Shown: in pieces, positions 59,478 through 64,000 of the stretch
Position numbering within the stretch: position 1 is the stretch's first letter
Layout of the letters: the number at the start of each line of letters is the position of its first letter
Translations under genes and position numbers: made by a program
Assembly (NCBI GenBank): GCA_043812155.1
Contig: JBDRMK010000017.1
Span: 77,824-141,823, forward strand
Length of the DNA: 64,000 nucleotides
Source: Patescibacteria group bacterium
GTDB taxonomy: Bacteria > Patescibacteriota > Patescibacteriia > JAXHNJ01
Direction: 5' to 3'
The notes under the pieces: model-generated
The model's database searches: none
Told to the model about the DNA's origin: nothing
What the model saw: the letters and a program-made list of their open reading frames with translations, nothing else

Positions 59478-60197
59478 ATGAAAAAAAATCTCCAAATCCT
59501 TATCATCTTGGCAGTTATCCTTGTGGCCGGATTAGGTGTATTTTTATTTATCAAAAAAACAGGACCGGCCTGCTCAAAAAACGCAGATTGCCGAAATATA
59601 AATATTCGACAAAATGTCAATATCAATCAAAATATTAACACTACTCGGCAAAATACTAATATCACTCAAAATGTTAACGCGACTAGCAACTCTAACTTTC
59701 AGCCGCCTTTAACAAGAGCTGGGGAAAGAGTGACGAAAAAACCCTTCGGCATTTACATTACAAAAGACAATTCGCCGGTCCAGCCGGAAAGATTTGCGGG
59801 TTATCATACCGGGACTGATTTTGAAGTTTTTCCCGAGGAATTAAATACAGAAGTACCGGTACATGCAGTCTGTTCGGGAACCTTAAAATTAAAAGAAACC
59901 GCCTCGGGCTACGGCGGGGTAGCCGTGCAAAATTGCGAATTAAACGGCGCCGCGATTACCGTTATCTACGGCCATTTGAAACTATCGAGTATTACTAAAA
60001 TAGCGGGCGAGAATTTAACTGTCGGTGAAACCTTAGGAATCTTAGGCGACGGATACAGCGCCGAAACCAATGGCGAACGTAAACATCTGCATCTGGGTTT
60101 CCATAAAGGCACTGCTACCAATATTAAGGGTTATGTCAGCCTGGAAAGCCAGCTCTCTGATTGGATAAACCCGTGTTTGTATGTTTGCCACAATTAG
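59478..60197 (+). CDS. Membrane-anchored M23 peptidase
   Basis: YHTGTD, YGHL, HLHLG motifs after an Asn-rich linker. Confidence 0.88.
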   Translation: MKKNLQILIILAVILVAGLGVFLFIKKTGPACSKNADCRNINIRQNVNINQNINTTRQNTNITQNVNATSNSNFQPPLTRAGERVTKKPFGIYITKDNSPVQPERFAGYHTGTDFEVFPEELNTEVPVHAVCSGTLKLKETASGYGGVAVQNCELNGAAITVIYGHLKLSSITKIAGENLTVGETLGILGDGYSAETNGERKHLHLGFHKGTATNIKGYVSLESQLSDWINPCLYVCHN

Positions 60198-60203
60198 CCG
60201 CAT

Positions 60204-60257
60204 AAATCCGAAGCACGAAATCCTAAATCCTAAACAAATTCAAAATTCGAAACTCCG
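60204..60257 (+). repeat. Degenerate heptamer tandem repeat
   Basis: aaatccg-aagcacg-aaatcct-aaatcct-aaac...aaattcg. Confidence 0.75.
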
Positions 60258-60281
60258 ATTAAAAAATTAGCTATCAGTAAA

Positions 60282-60401
60282 GATTTTAGAACGCTGGGGT
60301 CTGGGGGCTTCCCTTTTTTGTTTCAGAATAAACAAAGATGTTAGTAGTATCAAAAACAGAAGCCCCCAGGGCTTTTGGTTCTTTTGGCATCAAAAGAACA
60401 A
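60282..60401 (+). repeat. Structured repeat element, copy B
   Basis: CTGGGGGCTTC...GAAGCCCCCAG stem plus GTTCTTTTG/CAAAAGAAC hairpin. Confidence 0.85.
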
Positions 60402-60521
60402 ACAATTATACCTAAACAAAAAATCAGACAAACCACTAATAATGTGTTTGGTTTTAAGCTATCCTTTTCGCCCTCAACCAGGTTTTTTGATATACTCTAA
60501 ATATACTATTAAACTATTAAT

Positions 60522-61165
60522 ATGAAAGCGGTCATCTTCGACATGGACGGCGTGGTCTCGGACACCCAAAAGTATCAGGCCGAGGCCGAATCAAAATTAC
60601 TTTTAAGATCCGGGATACATATGTCCCCTGACGAAATAACGGCTAAATACGCCGGCGTGTCCGATTACGAATGGTTTAAGGATATGTTTGCCCAGGCCGG
60701 CCAGCCGGTTGATCTTAAAAAAATAGTGAGGGAAAAATGGAAAATAGTCTTTGAGATCGCCACCGGCCGTATCCAACCGATCAAAGGAGCAACAGCGCTG
60801 ATAAAAAATTTAAAGGAAAAAGGATTCCCTCTCGCTATTGCCTCAGCCTCCGCTAAGCCATTTATTAATCTGGTAATGAAAGAATTGAGTTTGGAAAATG
60901 TTTTTGATGTTTTAGTCAGTTCAACGGAAGTCGCCAAAGGCAAACCAGCCCCGGATATTTTTTTATTGGCCGCCGAAAAATTAGGCGTCGCACCTTTAGA
61001 CTGCGTCGTAATTGAAGACGGAATTAAAGGAATGGAAGCGGCCAAAACGCCGGCATGAAATGCCTTGGACTGGTCGCCGATAAAAACGGAAATTATCCCG
61101 CCGATGTTCTCGTTAATTCTCTGGCTGAGATAGAAATTGATTTTTTAAAAAAATAATATAATTAA
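60522..61165 (+). pseudogene. HAD-family phosphatase (beta-PGM-like) with a 1-nt frameshift near 61045
   Basis: DMDG, KPAPD and IEDG motifs. Adding one A to the A4 run restores AAKNAGMKCLG...DFLKKYNN ending at 61165. Confidence 0.75.
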
Positions 61166-61168
61166 TCT

Positions 61169-61375
61169 ATGAAAAAATCTTACCTCATTATCCTTATCGT
61201 TGTCATTCTGGTCGGGGCCGGCCTGGCTTTTTATTTCACTGGCGGCAAAGAATGCAAAGATCTAAATGAGCAAGAATGTAAAAAAGACGACCGCTGCCTT
61301 TCCACCCTTATCCCCTGCACCGATCCCACCTGCACTTCTGACGCGGTTTTCAAGGAATGCAAAGATAAAAAATAA
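61169..61375 (+). CDS. Small membrane-anchored Cys-rich protein
   Basis: TM helix plus six Cys in 68 aa. Confidence 0.7.
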   Translation: MKKSYLIILIVVILVGAGLAFYFTGGKECKDLNEQECKKDDRCLSTLIPCTDPTCTSDAVFKECKDKK

Positions 61376-61474
61376 TAGATCTGCTATCCGCCTGGCTGGT
61401 GTTTTTAAATTTGCCTGGCTTTATAAATTAGAATATAATATATATATATTTTTTAGCAATCATTAAAAAATAAT

Positions 61475-62089
61475 ATGCCGGAAGAAATTAACCAAGAACA
61501 AAACAAAGTTATTAGAGAAATAAAAGACAACACGGCCAACCCCGCGGCTTTAGGCCTGTTGGGGTTCGGGATGACCACGGTGCTTTTAAATCTGCATAAC
61601 GCCGGATTTTTCCCGTTAAGCGCCGTGATTCTAGGGATGGGCATATTTTACGGCGGACTGGCCCAGGTGATCGCCGGAATCATGGAATGGGAGAAAAACA
61701 ATACTTTCGGCGCCACTGCTTTCACCTCTTACGGTTTTTTCTGGCTTTCTTTAGTAGCGATCTGGGTGATACCGGCGATAGGCTGGTCAAAAGCGCCTGA
61801 TAATTCAGCCATGGCCGCCTACCTTTTTATGTGGGGCTTTTTTACCGCGGTGATGTTCTTCGGCACCCTGAAAATGAACCGCGCCTTGCAGTTCGTTTTT
61901 GCCTCCCTGGCCATCCTGTTTTTCTTGCTCGCCCTTGGCGACGCTACCGGAAACACTCTTTTAAAACAGATCGCCGGCTATGAAGGGATCATCTGCGGCT
62001 TATCCGCCGTCTATACCGCTTTGGCTTTGGTGCTGAATGAAGTCTACGGAAAAACTATCCTGCCCATCTGTCCGGTAAAAAAAGATTAG
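61475..62089 (+). CDS. satP: Acetate uptake transporter (SatP/GPR1/FUN34/YaaH)
   Basis: [24 protein letters not shown] motifs. Confidence 0.93.
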   Translation: MPEEINQEQNKVIREIKDNTANPAALGLLGFGMTTVLLNLHNAGFFPLSAVILGMGIFYGGLAQVIAGIMEWEKNNTFGATAFTSYGFFWLSLVAIWVIPAIGWSKAPDNSAMAAYLFMWGFFTAVMFFGTLKMNRALQFVFASLAILFFLLALGDATGNTLLKQIAGYEGIICGLSAVYTALALVLNEVYGKTILPICPVKKD

Positions 62090-62109
62090 GGTTAAATACT
62101 AATTCAAAT

Positions 62110-62149
62110 AAACAAAAAATACTCATCTTGCGACGGGTATTTTTTGTTT
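62110..62149. terminator. Bidirectional terminator
   Basis: AAACAAAAAATACTC...GGGTATTTTTTGTTT. Confidence 0.7.
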
Positions 62150-62164
62150 ATCTTATGAGATAAT

Positions 62165-62362
62165 TTAAGCTTTGCTGACTTTCACAGCCGCGGGACCCTT
62201 TGGGGTGTCAGAGACTTCGAAAGTGACCGCGTCGCCTTCTCTTAAGTCGCTGAAAGCCACTCCCACCAGTTCATTGGCGTGGAAAAACAGGTCTTTCTGG
62301 TTGCCTTCGGCGGTGATAAAGCCGAAGTTCTTGTCGGTCAGCTTTTTTATTGTTCCTTGCAT
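62165..62362 (-). CDS. Cold-shock protein
   Basis: FGFI (RNP1), DLFFH (RNP2), KGPAA motifs. Confidence 0.95.
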   Translation of the reverse strand: MQGTIKKLTDKNFGFITAEGNQKDLFFHANELVGVAFSDLREGDAVTFEVSDTPKGPAAVKVSKA

Positions 62363-62601
62363 AGCAATTGAAAAATAAAGATTGATTAAGATATAGTAAC
62401 CTTTGAAATTCGACTAAATTTTTCAATACTTACTATATTTTTGAACGACTGTCCGGAAGAATAAATTTTACTGCCAGCCAGTTGTTCATAAGTATGATAC
62501 CAGAGATTGACAATAAAGTCAATCCCGGCCGGACTGGCTATGATGCAAATTTTTCTGTATACTTAATTTAAGATAAATATTTATTAATACGCTAAAATTT
62601 T

Positions 62602-63531
62602 ATGCCTGGAAAAGAATCACTCGAGGGAAGAGAAATTCCGCCTGATTTATCGGCTTTGGATTTAAACAGTCTGCAAAAAGAGGCGGAAGAATATAATCAC
62701 CGTTTTAACGCCGGAACTATGATGGCCGATATGCTTAAAGCACACGTACGAAATGAAGAGCTACCGCCACAGAAGGCAACAGACCGTGAACCACCCTTGG
62801 AAAGAATAAAACTTCAATACGCCGATCTTATTGGCCGCACCGGCATCAGCTTGGAAACAATAGGCACTAACCGTATCTTTGGGGCGGACGGAGAAAGACA
62901 GGCTTCCGAACTTCGTTTTAATCTGTCTGACCGAAACAAATTTATTGAATACTTAAAGTCAATCCCGCCGGAAAATCTCAGCCCTTCGCAGGCTGAAGGG
63001 TTAAAAACCGTGGCCGAAAGCCTGACCACCCAACTCGCCCAAGAATACCAAGTGACAAATCCCAAAGACGAAAGAATGATTGAACTTTTAGGCGGACTAA
63101 AAGAGATGAACCAAGCTTACGACCGTCTTGATCCGGAAAAACAAAACGGCTTGAGCCGGGCGGTGGAACGACTAAAAAAATATGACCGGGCGTCTCAAGG
63201 CAAACACTTGAAGGAATATATCGCCGTGGAAAAAGCCGGCCTGATGGCCGAGGTAGGCGGCCGTAATTTCGGCCCGAGCCAATGGCATACCGATGCCACG
63301 CCGGAATTTTACGAAGAACATTGGCAACAGGCCTTAGAGATATTAAAAAGCCTGGGCGATAATCCGCAGGCCCAAAACTTACAAGACCAAGTCCGGGAAA
63401 ATTTAAAAGCCTCTCTGGCCCATGCGAGAGAGAATTTGGAACGGAATGAAGAATCACATCTGGCTAATAGCAGAGAAGCTTTTTTTCTGCAAGTAATCTC
63501 TCGGGCGGAAAAAGAATTAGCAAAAATATAA
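62602..63531 (+). CDS. Hypothetical protein
   Basis: 309-aa helical, charged ORF. Confidence 0.7.
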   Translation: MPGKESLEGREIPPDLSALDLNSLQKEAEEYNHRFNAGTMMADMLKAHVRNEELPPQKATDREPPLERIKLQYADLIGRTGISLETIGTNRIFGADGERQASELRFNLSDRNKFIEYLKSIPPENLSPSQAEGLKTVAESLTTQLAQEYQVTNPKDERMIELLGGLKEMNQAYDRLDPEKQNGLSRAVERLKKYDRASQGKHLKEYIAVEKAGLMAEVGGRNFGPSQWHTDATPEFYEEHWQQALEILKSLGDNPQAQNLQDQVRENLKASLAHARENLERNEESHLANSREAFFLQVISRAEKELAKI

Positions 63532-63543
63532 TAATGCCCCCTC

Positions 63544-63750
63544 TTATTCCCCCAAAACCCATTCCAGTATATCAATCTGTTTTTCGACGATTTTCTTTTT
63601 ATCTTCATTCTCTAAAGTTAGCTCCTCGCCTTTTTCCGAATCCTCATCAACGCCTTCATCTTCCAGCGTTTCCTCAAGTTCATTTTCTAAATCATCCTTC
63701 TCACTTTCCAGTTCGTCAATTTTATCTTTAATTTCTTCTTCCGTGCGCAT
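63544..63750 (-). CDS. Small acidic hypothetical protein
   Basis: MRTEEEIKDKIDEL...QIDILEWVLGE. Confidence 0.7.
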   Translation of the reverse strand: MRTEEEIKDKIDELESEKDDLENELEETLEDEGVDEDSEKGEELTLENEDKKKIVEKQIDILEWVLGE

Positions 63751-63754
63751 AAGT

Positions 63755-64000
63755 TTATTGTTTAGTTATATTTAGGACGTAAACCTGGTTGTTTTGGCCG
63801 GCGATCCCTTCAACAACGATCGGGTCGCCCGCTTTAAGCCAGCCATTGGCCAGCAAATCCGGGCAATGACCCTGGCTGTCCGCGCTTAAAACACAGGTAC
63901 TGATATAATTTTGGCCGTCGAAAACCAGCTCGCGGTTGATGGCCGGATTGCCCGGGCCTTCCCATAGAACATACCACTTCTGACTTTCCGCTGGCTTGGA
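63755..64000 (-). CDS. Partial hypothetical protein (3' end)
   Basis: Open frame ..WYVLWEGPGNPAINRELVF..LKAGDPIVVEG..ITKQ* read manually. Confidence 0.65.
   Translation of the reverse strand, partial: SKPAESQKWYVLWEGPGNPAINRELVFDGQNYISTCVLSADSQGHCPDLLANGWLKAGDPIVVEGIAGQNNQVYVLNITKQ

Noticed and set aside
1-64000. Alternative genetic code (TGA=Gly) explaining the leuS and HAD breaks
   Set aside because: Both breaks are frame changes rather than in-frame stops, and other genes end normally at TGA.

Overview
This window looks like Patescibacteria/CPR chromosome (Parcubacteria-like, genetic code 11). The basis is a PrgI-VirB4-VirB6 type IV secretion-like cluster, archaeal-type cmk, a domain-fused LeuRS, FG-GAP surface proteins and many orphans; the taxonomic call is inference. 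1-27.3 kb is a minus-strand T4SS-like locus with three giant Cys-rich exported proteins, interrupted by a RAYT transposase carrying its own REPs in-frame. 27-49 kb is mostly housekeeping (rsmA, tsaC, leuS, comM, lspA, cmk, pnp, rpsO). leuS is frameshifted inside a 7-nt repeat tract and carries inserted NUDIX and alpha/beta-hydrolase domains. 49-64 kb is accessory: a catalytically dead Xer-like gene, a terminator-containing structured leader before a cation antiporter, an unusual tRNA locus and single-gene units including an orphan large purL bracketed by inverted repeats. In the tRNA locus, an intact tRNA-His is nested inside the anticodon of a degenerate tRNA-His, and degenerate tRNA copies carry 30-nt twin-hairpin inserts. 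The most striking theme is several small repeat families invading tRNAs, an essential gene and each other. All calls come from reading the sequence; no searches or folding programs were run.
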